The notes beneath the pieces were generated by a model that saw nothing but the letters and a program-made list of their open reading frames with translations, was not told where the DNA came from and made no database searches. The translations under genes and the position numbers were made by a program. A DNA stretch of 64,000 nt from Candidatus Poseidoniaceae archaeon. GTDB lineage: Archaea > Thermoplasmatota > Poseidoniia > Poseidoniales > Poseidoniaceae. Position 1 is the first letter of the stretch. The number at the start of each line of letters is the position of its first letter. Location: assembly GCA_949373095.1 (NCBI GenBank), contig CASIBY010000001.1, positions 68,882-132,881 on the forward strand, given 5' to 3'. This document shows positions 54,593 to 63,971 of the stretch, piece after piece.

Positions 54593-55465
54593 ATGACGGC
54601 TCGTGTGCTCCAATGGGCCTTGGGCCAGTTGAATGGACAGCGTAAGGTCGTTCTTGCAACCGTGTTGAACACATCAGGTAGTGTCCCCGGTAAAACGGGT
54701 GCTCGTCTTGCTATGACGTATCCCGATTTCAGTTGGGAGGGGACAGTTGGAGGTGCAGGTTTGGAACTTAAGGTCCTCAATCGTTGTAAAACCCTGCTCA
54801 AAGAGTCAACATCACCTGCCGCTGAAGTGGTGACTTACGGCCTGAATAAAGGGGCGAAGGGCTATGAAGTACAACCCCTTGATTCATTATGCGGTGGGCA
54901 AGTAACCCTCTCGCTTGAAGTGATGATTCCCATGCCACACATCTTCATCATGGGCGGAGGTCATTGTGGTCAAGCCATTGCAACATTGCTTGACCAAGTT
55001 GGTTGGACATACTCCGTACATGATACACGGCCGGAATTTGCTTCTACCGAATTGTATCCCTCTGCAGCATCTCTTTCATCCAAAACGATTGCTGGACTAC
55101 TATCTGATGAATCTCTCAGTAGTATGAAGCGGTTTTCAGACATCATACTCTTGGGCCACGACTGGAGTGAAGACCAAGAACGCCTTCTAGGCCTGTTGGC
55201 TTTGTTCAATCAAGACGGAGTGACATTGGATGGTTTCTCAGCCCCTCGTATTGGGGTAATTGGAAGTCGGTCAAAATGGCAGGCGTTCCGGTCAGAATGT
55301 GAGCGTCAGGGAATGCCAGATTCATTATTAGACCAAGTGATTTGTCCGATTGGATTGAATATCGGTGCTGAATCTCCTGAAGAGATTGCTGTTGCGGTGG
55401 TTGCTCAAATTATGTCAGCCTTCAAGAGAACAGATCCAAGCGAACCAACGTGGCGTCAAGATTGA
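54593..55465 (+). CDS. XdhC/CoxI-family molybdoenzyme maturation factor
   Basis: N-terminal XdhC_CoxI block (VLATVLNTSGSVPGKTGARLAM) and C-terminal Rossmann-like block (IFIMGGGHCGQAIA, GLNIGAESPEEIAVAV). Confidence 0.8.
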   Translation: MTARVLQWALGQLNGQRKVVLATVLNTSGSVPGKTGARLAMTYPDFSWEGTVGGAGLELKVLNRCKTLLKESTSPAAEVVTYGLNKGAKGYEVQPLDSLCGGQVTLSLEVMIPMPHIFIMGGGHCGQAIATLLDQVGWTYSVHDTRPEFASTELYPSAASLSSKTIAGLLSDESLSSMKRFSDIILLGHDWSEDQERLLGLLALFNQDGVTLDGFSAPRIGVIGSRSKWQAFRSECERQGMPDSLLDQVICPIGLNIGAESPEEIAVAVVAQIMSAFKRTDPSEPTWRQD

Positions 55466-56004
55466 GGCACAAACACGTTTGCTCTGAAGTGCTTCAATTC
55501 TTCAATGGATTCGAGAATGTCATCAAGGGCCAAATGTGCGCCTTTTTTTGCATAAAACGGTGTTTTAGGGTACCATCTGCGAGCAAGTTCTTTGATGGTT
55601 GATACATCTATCATCCGATAATGAAGCATCTCCAAAACAGCGGGCATCTCCTTTGCGAGGAACTGGCGGTCGTTCCAAATGCTGTTCCCACATAGAGGGG
55701 CTGTTCCTGGCTCAATCCATTCTTTCAGAAACTGAACAGTTGCCTGTTCTGCATCACTCAATTCCTCTCCTTCATCGTGAATTCGCTGCACTAAACCACT
55801 GCCATGATGGTGTCTTGTGTTCCACTCATCCATTCCGTCAAGAAGTTCTTGTTCGACTTTAATAGCTAGATTTGGACCTGTGGCGAGGATGTTTAGTTCA
55901 CTGTCGGTGATCACAGTGGCAATCTCAATGATGGATTCACGTTCGAGGTCGAGTCCCGTCATTTCAAGGTCAATCCAAACCATCCGTTGAGATGTTTCAC
56001 TCAT
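55456..56004 (-). CDS. orn: oligoribonuclease
   Basis: MVWIDLEMTGLD (DEDDh Exo I), GNSIWNDRQFL (Exo II), HLALDDI (Exo III). 182 aa, as in bacterial and eukaryotic Orn. Confidence 0.9.
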   Translation of the reverse strand: MSETSQRMVWIDLEMTGLDLERESIIEIATVITDSELNILATGPNLAIKVEQELLDGMDEWNTRHHHGSGLVQRIHDEGEELSDAEQATVQFLKEWIEPGTAPLCGNSIWNDRQFLAKEMPAVLEMLHYRMIDVSTIKELARRWYPKTPFYAKKGAHLALDDILESIEELKHFRANVFVPQS

Positions 56005-56052
56005 GCTTTGCCCTGAGCGGGCTCAGGTCTTTGTTGTTCGCAGGACGGAACT

Positions 56053-59000
56053 TCAAGCCTTGGAGGGCTCCGATTCAAAATTCAACACGATTTGGCCACT
56101 TTCTGAAAAGGCTACTACCGGCAAAAATCCTTCGTGTGGAGTTTTTTCTAGTGACTTGATAATGTTGTTCACCGAATCAGCAGGCAAGCGAACTGCAAAC
56201 CCTTCTTTGGTCATTATGAGTCCGGAATGCGCTTGTTCTGTAGGTGGTGTTTGAACTACGGGTTCAGGAATTTGGGGGATCTTTTTGGCAGATTCTTGCT
56301 GAACTTCGGGTTGCTCTACCATTTCAGCTTCTTCGACGGCGAGCGTCTCAGTCTTCTCCTTCTCTTCAGGTACTTCGGTGGAAACTGTCTTCACTTCTTC
56401 AGGCATCGGTTGGGGCATAGGGATTTCAGCAGGAAGAACTTCTTGTTCGTAGATGTCTTCTGTATTTGTTCGTTGCATGAAGAGGAATCCGAATCCAAGA
56501 GCAAGAATACCCATTAAAACTACTCCAATCGCAGCAAACAGGTCGTTCTCAATGGTTGTCGTGAACAGGAATGAGGTCAGGACAGATCCATATCCGCCGA
56601 TTCCACGGCGCCAACGTGCATCGTTTTCTTCACTAAACCCTTGGATGCCCAAAATTACGAGGTACACCGTTATGGCGATGTAAGCAAAGGAATCCAAATC
56701 AATGGCGTCAAAGGCCAAGAAGAGGCCAACTACTGAATAAGCGACCCCAGCAATGCCAAGTCGGTCCATGAATTGGAAGAAACTGTCATTACTCTCCCAC
56801 TCTACATTTTCCCAATCGTAAACCAAATCATCCTTGTTCGATAACAGCGTAAACATAATTCCTTGGAACGCTAAGATTGCCCCACCTATTGTGGCGTGTA
56901 TTTCGCTGTCTCCAATGTTTCCTTGAATCATGATGTTCACCACAGCGAAGGAGAGAAGCGGAGGGAACAGCAGAAGGCTGGTCGTCTGTCCTTTCTTGAA
57001 GGTAGAGTATCCAATCATCGCCAGAGCGATCAGTGGGCCAATTCCGTAGAAGATATCGTAACTGATGAGGAAACCAATGCTGGCGATTTGCTGACTCAAA
57101 AGTGCAGTTGTATCTTGTGTCTTTTGCTCGTCGTCGTCGGCTGCGTCGACCTTGAAGAAGATGTTAGCTCGGTGCATGACTGCAAATGCCACACCGTTCA
57201 ATGCAGTGACGAATCCGCTCCATGCCCATGAATTGTCGGTATCGATATTTGCGAAAGTATCACTGTTGTCGAATCCTATGAAGAGGGAAAAGAACAGGAT
57301 ACCAAGCATGTAAGGCAAAGCAGTACTGTTCTCCGTATACCAGAGGTAACTCATGATGACGTATGTGATGATGGTAGGCAACCAAAATCCATCGGGAAGG
57401 GCTGACAAAAAGGCAAGTCCGAGCCATAGGAGGGCAACGAGTTCTTGGTATCCAGAATTGCGCTCTGAATCGCGGTACATTGCAAAGAGCATGAGTGTCA
57501 TATGAACAGCCACAAAGATGCCTGATAGGGCCGCAAAAGGCCCGAGGTGGGAATCTCTGAGGTAATTCTCGATGTCTGATGGGAGGCCTTCGAGAATCTT
57601 ATTGCTAATTCCGACTCGAGAGAACCAATCGTTTTCCATGATAAGTACGGCAAACGGAGCAAATAGAGCAGTGCCATAATGTCGGTGTTGAATTGTTCGG
57701 AGCATCACAAGAATGAGGAGTGGGACGAACAATAATCCTCCAGATGAATCTAAGGTTGCGAGAATCAACAGCAGAACATATGCTGTTGCATCAGCGTAAA
57801 AGTTCAAACCTTCTTTGTCGATTCCTCGCTTTGAGATGATCGCATTAACGATAAGGGGGGCGGAGACAAGGAGGAGGTCAAGCAAGATTCCAGCGATTAA
57901 CATTGTACCGTCAGGTATCTGATAATATGCTACATCTTTGAGTTCAATGGCTACTGGGAACGCAACGGCTACGAGTAACCCAACTCCTGCGGCTCTCGTC
58001 TTTGAGTCAATTCGTTCCATTTGATAAATTTCCCACACTAAGATGCCAACTGGTATTGCGATGAGGAGAATCCACTGTGGCTTTTGGATATAGGCGGTAA
58101 CCGATACAATACTTAGCGTAAACAAAAGAAGAGAACAGAGCAACGATATTCGCGCCAGAGGGGTCCACATTCGCTCAAGAACGGTATCCAGGGTTGTTTC
58201 TTCCTCTTGCACTTGTACGACCCAAGCGTTGGTATCGGGGTCATATGCTGGGGAATTGGATTGTCCCTGGTCCAACCATGCAAATAATGAGCCGAGGTCA
58301 AACTCATTTGCTGCAATAATTCTTGAGAGTGAATAAAGAGCAATGCCTAAGATCAAGAACTGCGGTTCCAGTCCGTCTGGTGAAAGTTTGTCAAAGATAT
58401 CGTAAGGGGGTAATTCCAACTTATCGAACAGTCCCAATGCCAGAATAATGAGAGAAGTGAATCCAGCCGAGAGGGTCAGTTCTTTGCGGTCACTGAAACT
58501 TTCTGCATCACATTTGAGAGCGATGTCAATGTTGAGATAAAACATGTATCCGATGAACAACCATGGCATAAACCACTCTGGGTCAAGAATCGCACGTGAG
58601 CAGACAACACTTCCAAGCAGGCCAAGTGACACCATTGTGTTGATTTTCCCTTGCTTGCGTCCCATTTCAGAAATTATGACGATGAAGATGGGCAAAAGGA
58701 TGTGGAGGATAGTTCCTCCATACGTATCTTTTGGCGTGATTTCTTCTATGATTCCACCAAGGTCAGTCAATAGATAGGAGATTCCAAAGGCAAGAACAGT
58801 GACGTTAACCACCCATTCCCTTGCGACCTTGGAGATGAACACCATGTAGGGGATCATTATGATGCTGAGTACCCATGGAACAGTTGAGGTTGCCGTTGGA
58901 AGTGCCACCAGGCTGACGGCGAGGCCAATCGGCATCCATGGAACCCGTTGTTGCAATACAGCAGGGAAGTAGGCGAGGAGCATCATGCACCAAAGCACAA

Positions 59001-60108
59001 CTGGGAGGGATACGTAGGATGACAAGCTAGCATATTCAGCCGCCCTGAAAGGCCCGAGGATGAGGTTCAAATCACCAGAACGCGTGACAAGAATCGCCAC
59101 AACGACTTGTCCTACGAGGAAAAAAGAAGCACGTTCCATGACTTCTTTTCTTAGGTCACTTCGAGCTGCATAGTAGCCTTGTAGTGCAATGATGAAGACC
59201 ATCAGGGACAAAGCCCCTCCTTTGCTATCATCCGGGACATCATTGAGCAATTCATAGACCAGAGGGACGAGCCCTGAAGCAAACGCAACCACTCCGAAGT
59301 TAAGCGCCTTGTTTGAACGCAGAGCCATTTCCATCGAGACAATGGAGATGACTATGATACTGATTCCAAGTTCGTAACTCACAACGTTCCCTGACCAGCG
59401 TATCCAAGGGCCCACTCCGGCCAAAAGGATAGCCATTGGTGCATATGTGGCGACGCCCCAGCCAAATCCAGTATCTCCCGAGTACCTCTTGAGGAGGCGG
59501 AAATGCCCGAACGTTAGCAAAACACATGTGACCAATTGCGCATAAATTCCGTTGGCGTTGGGTGCCCAATCCGTCTTTGTGTACGAATCTGGTTCACCGA
59601 ACCAACTGAGATCAAACGTACCCGTCATGACTCCCATCATGTATCGTGTTCCCCACAAGACTCCAATGGTGGAGAAGAAGAATGCAATCCCGAGGAAATA
59701 ATTATGGATATCATACAACCTGTAATTGTTCTTTTTACTTTGTAGTTCAATAATGCCTATAGAAACTAAAAACGAAGCTAATCCACCGATGAACAAGACA
59801 AGGAAATTGTCGTTTGTCGCCTCCTCGTCAAAAGCAACGCTAAAGATTCCACCCCATATTGCAAGAAATCCAATACCCATCATTACGCCTTGGGAGAGTT
59901 TCAGCATCATCATGTCTTGGCTTTGCTTTGAAGCATTTGGTCCAACGGTGACAATAGGTGCAACGGGTTGAGGTGTTGTTGCAGACAATGCGCCTTGGTA
60001 AGGAGATGCTGCTTGCGCCAAGGGTTGGGCTATGGGTTCCTGAGTTCTTCTCGGGGCGCCTTGGTTCGCTCTGCGTGGTGCTGCCATGTCAATCAATGCC
60101 TTTTTCAA
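56053..60108 (-). CDS. giant polytopic membrane protein (1351 aa, >30 predicted TM helices), unknown function
   Basis: 4-kb uninterrupted ORF. P/Q/A-rich cytoplasmic N-terminus, then almost continuous hydrophobic helices. An acidic linker (EEVKTVSTEVPEEKEKTE..) leads to a ~60-aa soluble C-terminal domain. No catalytic motif recognised. Confidence 0.85.
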   Translation of the reverse strand: MKKALIDMAAPRRANQGAPRRTQEPIAQPLAQAASPYQGALSATTPQPVAPIVTVGPNASKQSQDMMMLKLSQGVMMGIGFLAIWGGIFSVAFDEEATNDNFLVLFIGGLASFLVSIGIIELQSKKNNYRLYDIHNYFLGIAFFFSTIGVLWGTRYMMGVMTGTFDLSWFGEPDSYTKTDWAPNANGIYAQLVTCVLLTFGHFRLLKRYSGDTGFGWGVATYAPMAILLAGVGPWIRWSGNVVSYELGISIIVISIVSMEMALRSNKALNFGVVAFASGLVPLVYELLNDVPDDSKGGALSLMVFIIALQGYYAARSDLRKEVMERASFFLVGQVVVAILVTRSGDLNLILGPFRAAEYASLSSYVSLPVVLWCMMLLAYFPAVLQQRVPWMPIGLAVSLVALPTATSTVPWVLSIIMIPYMVFISKVAREWVVNVTVLAFGISYLLTDLGGIIEEITPKDTYGGTILHILLPIFIVIISEMGRKQGKINTMVSLGLLGSVVCSRAILDPEWFMPWLFIGYMFYLNIDIALKCDAESFSDRKELTLSAGFTSLIILALGLFDKLELPPYDIFDKLSPDGLEPQFLILGIALYSLSRIIAANEFDLGSLFAWLDQGQSNSPAYDPDTNAWVVQVQEEETTLDTVLERMWTPLARISLLCSLLLFTLSIVSVTAYIQKPQWILLIAIPVGILVWEIYQMERIDSKTRAAGVGLLVAVAFPVAIELKDVAYYQIPDGTMLIAGILLDLLLVSAPLIVNAIISKRGIDKEGLNFYADATAYVLLLILATLDSSGGLLFVPLLILVMLRTIQHRHYGTALFAPFAVLIMENDWFSRVGISNKILEGLPSDIENYLRDSHLGPFAALSGIFVAVHMTLMLFAMYRDSERNSGYQELVALLWLGLAFLSALPDGFWLPTIITYVIMSYLWYTENSTALPYMLGILFFSLFIGFDNSDTFANIDTDNSWAWSGFVTALNGVAFAVMHRANIFFKVDAADDDEQKTQDTTALLSQQIASIGFLISYDIFYGIGPLIALAMIGYSTFKKGQTTSLLLFPPLLSFAVVNIMIQGNIGDSEIHATIGGAILAFQGIMFTLLSNKDDLVYDWENVEWESNDSFFQFMDRLGIAGVAYSVVGLFLAFDAIDLDSFAYIAITVYLVILGIQGFSEENDARWRRGIGGYGSVLTSFLFTTTIENDLFAAIGVVLMGILALGFGFLFMQRTNTEDIYEQEVLPAEIPMPQPMPEEVKTVSTEVPEEKEKTETLAVEEAEMVEQPEVQQESAKKIPQIPEPVVQTPPTEQAHSGLIMTKEGFAVRLPADSVNNIIKSLEKTPHEGFLPVVAFSESGQIVLNFESEPSKA

Positions 60109-60257
60109 ACAATAGGTCTTAATATTTCACCCGTGATTTTAATCAAGATATTGATTTTCAAGTCCATAGATTGTATTCACTCGGCATAGAAGAAGCCACC
60201 TCACAGGTTCCCAATGGGTTCAAAAAGACCACCTGCTTGGAATTAATCGGTGAGCCT

Positions 60258-62245
60258 ATGCTAATCAAACAACTTCTAAGCGCATTTTGTCTAACATTGA
60301 TGCTGCTACCAACATTGGCCTTGGCGACTCCTATTGAAATCGAAGCGGATTCTTCGCCTCTGGAAGAAGGATGGTGGGTTGAGACTACGGTTGACCAAAA
60401 CAAGAACTCTATCGGAGACATGGTGGAATTTCACAAAGACAACCCTATTTTCCTTGATGAAGACAACACTCTGCCGCTGATCATTGACTTTGACCACACG
60501 CCATCGGTCGATGAAATCGCTATGCTAGAACGTGAAGTTGGTTATGAACACCAGTGGGAGTTGACACATATTGATGCGCTCGCAGGGCGTATTCACGTTG
60601 ACTTGATACGCGAGACCCTTAACATTCCAGGAGTCGATCATGATTGAACTAGACGGCGTCCTCACCATTCAAAACGGGGACGCAGCGGTATCTGCACGGC
60701 GTTGACATGGCTTGGGAAGAAACTGGTTACGATGGCTCCGGTGTAACCGTCGCCATCATCGATACCGGAATTGACGGCGCCCACGCAAGTCTGGACGACC
60801 TCGACGATGATAACTCAACCAATGACCCGAAGGTGATTGGATTTTACGACCCTGTGAATAACCCTACCCTTACCAACGGTACAGAAGTGTTCCCATACGA
60901 CGACCAAGGACATGGTTCTCATTGTGCGGGTACAACTGCAGGAACGGGCGCCCCTAACTACGAGCACGTCGGAATGGCTCCACAAGCAAACCTTGTTGGC
61001 GTTAAGGTCCTTGATGCAGGCGGTTCGGGTTCCTTCGCAACCGTAATGGCAGGCATGAAATGGACCGTGGACAACCGTTACCAATTCAACATCCGCGCTG
61101 CTTCAATGAGTCTTGGTGGCCCGGGCCCAATTGAGTGGACCTCCTCAGAAGAAGACAGTGTTAACCGGTACGCCAACGAAATGGTGCGCTCGGGAATAGC
61201 CCTCTTTATCGCAGCGGGAAATAACGGTCGCTTCGGCGCAAATAGGCACCCCAGGGTCTGCAGAAGACGTCATTACTGTCGGAGCTCTTGACAAGAATTC
61301 AGCGATTGCAATTTATTCAAGCCAGGGGCCCACTGAAGAAGGGCGTGTAAAGCCAAACATCGCCTATGTTGGCTCCAACGTCATGTCTGTAGCTTTCAAC
61401 ACCGGGGACCAATATACGGACATGTCGGGAACCTCAATGGCAACACCCGGTGCTGCTGGTGTTTCGGCGTTGATGTACCAAGCCAACCCGGACTTATCAC
61501 CGTTTGACATCCGCAACATCATGCAAGAAACAGCCACCTACAGATTGTGCTGTGTACATGGGTGCAAATGAGCCTTGCCCTGAAGATGCGCATTCCCAAG
61601 AACCGTCAGAATAACGTCTACGGTCACGGAGAAGTTCGTGCGCTTGATGCAGTAATGGAAGCGGCAGAACAGGATTATTCCTTTGATAACAGTGTGACTC
61701 TCGCTATGGGAACTTCCTCTGGACCTGATAATCGCGTACACATGACCAATGGCGATTCACTTGAATTCACCATTACAGAGGGCGTTGAAACCATTCAATG
61801 GCGAAGCAACCATTTGCTTGACGATTGGACGAACATTCATTCATACGAGCATACAGAGGCTTTCGAGTTAGAGGTTATTGATATCGTTCATGAAATTGAG
61901 CATCTGCCTGGTGTAGAACTCCAAGGGAATCATACCATCTCCATTCGTGGTCTCATGGAGACTGGCGAAACAAATTTCTCCTCAACCCCAATCATTACGG
62001 CAGACATTATGCTCATGGATGTTAGCAAAGACGCAGCGATTGAAGAAAGCGATGGAATGTTTTCCGGAAGTATCGTTCTGGTCGGTATTGCTGGAATGAT
62101 TATCGGTGTGATATTGGTCCCTCTGGTCATGCTCGCCCTCAACAAATCAGAAGATTCTATTGAAGTTGAACGGTTCAAGTGGTCCGATGCAGTTCCAGAC
62201 GAAGACATTGAAGCGATCTTGGTCGAAGAAGCTAAACTTCAATGA
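60258..62245 (+). pseudogene. subtilisin-like serine protease (S8, with I9-like propeptide and C-terminal TM anchor) interrupted by about five +1 frameshifts
   Basis: Signal peptide at ATG 60258. Catalytic triad blocks AIIDTGID (frame 2), HGSHCAGT (frame 2) and SGTSMATP (frame 3). The C-terminal block NNVYGHGEV is in frame 2 again. Frame changes occur at ~60639, ~60700, ~61229, ~61538 and ~61590. No in-frame stops occur apart from those created by the shifts. Confidence 0.8.
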
Positions 62246-62250
62246 TGCCT

Positions 62251-62778
62251 TCAGGCAGAAGCGGCTTCCCATCGTTTCAAGATCTCTGCGGTATCGTCCA
62301 TTCTGCCTTCATGAAGGTAGGTGACTTCACCATCGGCGTTGACAAAGACCACAGATCCCGGCTTGTCAATGCCGAGACTGATTCCCGCCTCATGCCCTTT
62401 CATGAAGGCATATGTTGTCAGGCTGACTCCGGTTGCTTCCCCATCATCATCGTGAGCATCAGCAGATTCATGCCATTCTGAGAGGGTCACGCCAGTTGCA
62501 TTTTCGGCAGGGTCGGTGGACATGACCAAGACTGGAAGTTCTGCTTGAGCAGACCATATGGCGTGCATGGTGGTGAAGCATGGGCTGTTGCACCATTCAG
62601 CAGAAAACACGACAATGTAGGCGCTACCTTCCATTCTTGTGTTGTCGTAGATCTCATTGTTATCCGCAACAGAAGAGAATACGGGGAAGGATTGCGATTC
62701 CTCTGTTTCTTCGGAGGTACAACCTGCAAGAGAACTACTGAATAAGAGCATGAGCATCATGAAGGCAAATTGTTTCAT
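62251..62778 (-). CDS. thioredoxin-fold (TlpA/redoxin-like) lipoprotein with atypical WCNSPC motif
   Basis: Lipobox SSSLAGC. IVVFSAEWCNSPC sits at the position of the WCxxC motif but with three intervening residues. Confidence 0.65.
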   Translation of the reverse strand: MKQFAFMMLMLLFSSSLAGCTSEETEESQSFPVFSSVADNNEIYDNTRMEGSAYIVVFSAEWCNSPCFTTMHAIWSAQAELPVLVMSTDPAENATGVTLSEWHESADAHDDDGEATGVSLTTYAFMKGHEAGISLGIDKPGSVVFVNADGEVTYLHEGRMDDTAEILKRWEAASA

Positions 62779-62866
62779 AGATGGTACTGGCCACTGCTCC
62801 TTTTAGAAACCTTTCCGGTGCTGTTGGATGCAATAAAGCCATATGGGCGGTCGTTTAGCGCTCTTC

Positions 62867-63811
62867 ATGAAACAGTGGGGCACGACGTATGTGTGCATTT
62901 TCTCTTTGTTTTTATTGCTCCTCCCCACGGGCGTGGGGGCTCAAGATTCAACATCGGTTTGCGAAGCAGAAGGAGACTCGACGATGGACCGTGTTGGCTG
63001 CTTGGATACAGACGGTGACGGATGGTCCGACCCCGATTCTTCATGGAATGCTTCCATGGGGGCGGATGCTTTTCCCGACAATGAAAGCGAACACCGTGAC
63101 CTTGACGGTGACGGCATCGGTGACGAGGCAGACCCTGATATGGACGGAGATGGGGTTGGGGATGAGGTTGACGTATGGCCAGAAGACTCCGCTATTTGGT
63201 CAGACGGCGACGGCGATGGATATGCAGACCAAAGCATGCACCCGCTGTCCGACAATTGCCCTTACATCTACGGGAAGAGTCGTATTCGCTTGAAGGGATG
63301 TTCAGACCTTGATGGAGATTTCATGCCAGACGTGTACGATGATGATGCCGATGGCGATGGCATACGCAATGAAATGGAACGGTCAGCCTCGTCGGGCACC
63401 ATTCTTTACGACCCGTACAATGCGCAATCTACACCCTTGGACTCCGATCAAGACACCATTCCCGATGTCTTGGACCATGACAACGACAACGACGGTTGGC
63501 CTGACGATATAGAACTCGACCGAGGTTCAGATATTTTTGATGAGGACGAAACTCCTTTCACGCTCTACTTTGGTCTCAATACTGGTATTTTCTATGCCGG
63601 TGGTTTGACTGGAGAATCATTCAGTCTCGAATATCACGCTGACAGCATGGAATTTTCGGTCTCAGGCGTCATGGAAATCGTGTTTGAAGAATTGGTCATT
63701 CCGCTTCTGTTGATTCCAGTGTATCTCGGAGTTTTCTTTTCCCGGCGAAATGAATTCATGCGTTGTTTGGATCGTATTGAAGACGGCCATGACCATCGAG
63801 GAGTTGAATGA
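62867..63811 (+). CDS. secreted TSP3-repeat (Ca-binding) protein with C-terminal TM helix
   Basis: ATG at 62867 gives a signal peptide (YVCIFSLFLLLLPTGVGAQD). Repeats DTDGDGWSDPD, DLDGDGIGDEADPDMDGDGVGDEVD, DGDGDGYADQ, DDDADGDGIRNE and DHDNDNDGWPDD. TM helix LVIPLLLIPVYLGVFF. Confidence 0.8.
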   Translation: MKQWGTTYVCIFSLFLLLLPTGVGAQDSTSVCEAEGDSTMDRVGCLDTDGDGWSDPDSSWNASMGADAFPDNESEHRDLDGDGIGDEADPDMDGDGVGDEVDVWPEDSAIWSDGDGDGYADQSMHPLSDNCPYIYGKSRIRLKGCSDLDGDFMPDVYDDDADGDGIRNEMERSASSGTILYDPYNAQSTPLDSDQDTIPDVLDHDNDNDGWPDDIELDRGSDIFDEDETPFTLYFGLNTGIFYAGGLTGESFSLEYHADSMEFSVSGVMEIVFEELVIPLLLIPVYLGVFFSRRNEFMRCLDRIEDGHDHRGVE

Positions 63812-63971
63812 AATAGAAAAAGCCGTGAATACCTTTGTCAAAGAAAGGAGAATCAAGGTTTACCACGGATTAGTGCTCCGAAACGCTTTGGAAGAAGCGG
63901 AGTCCGATTGTCAGAAACCCCTACGGCGGATTCAAAATGGCTTCAAGAGGAGTAAGCAAGGGGCTTTTTGA
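63789..63971 (+). CDS. small helical ORF, or frameshifted C-terminal extension of the preceding TSP3 protein
   Basis: ATG at 63789 (MTIEELNEIEKAVNTFVKERR...) overlaps the last 23 nt of the upstream gene in the +1 frame. Removing one C at 63787/63788 would fuse the two frames. Confidence 0.3.
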   Translation: MTIEELNEIEKAVNTFVKERRIKVYHGLVLRNALEEAESDCQKPLRRIQNGFKRSKQGAF

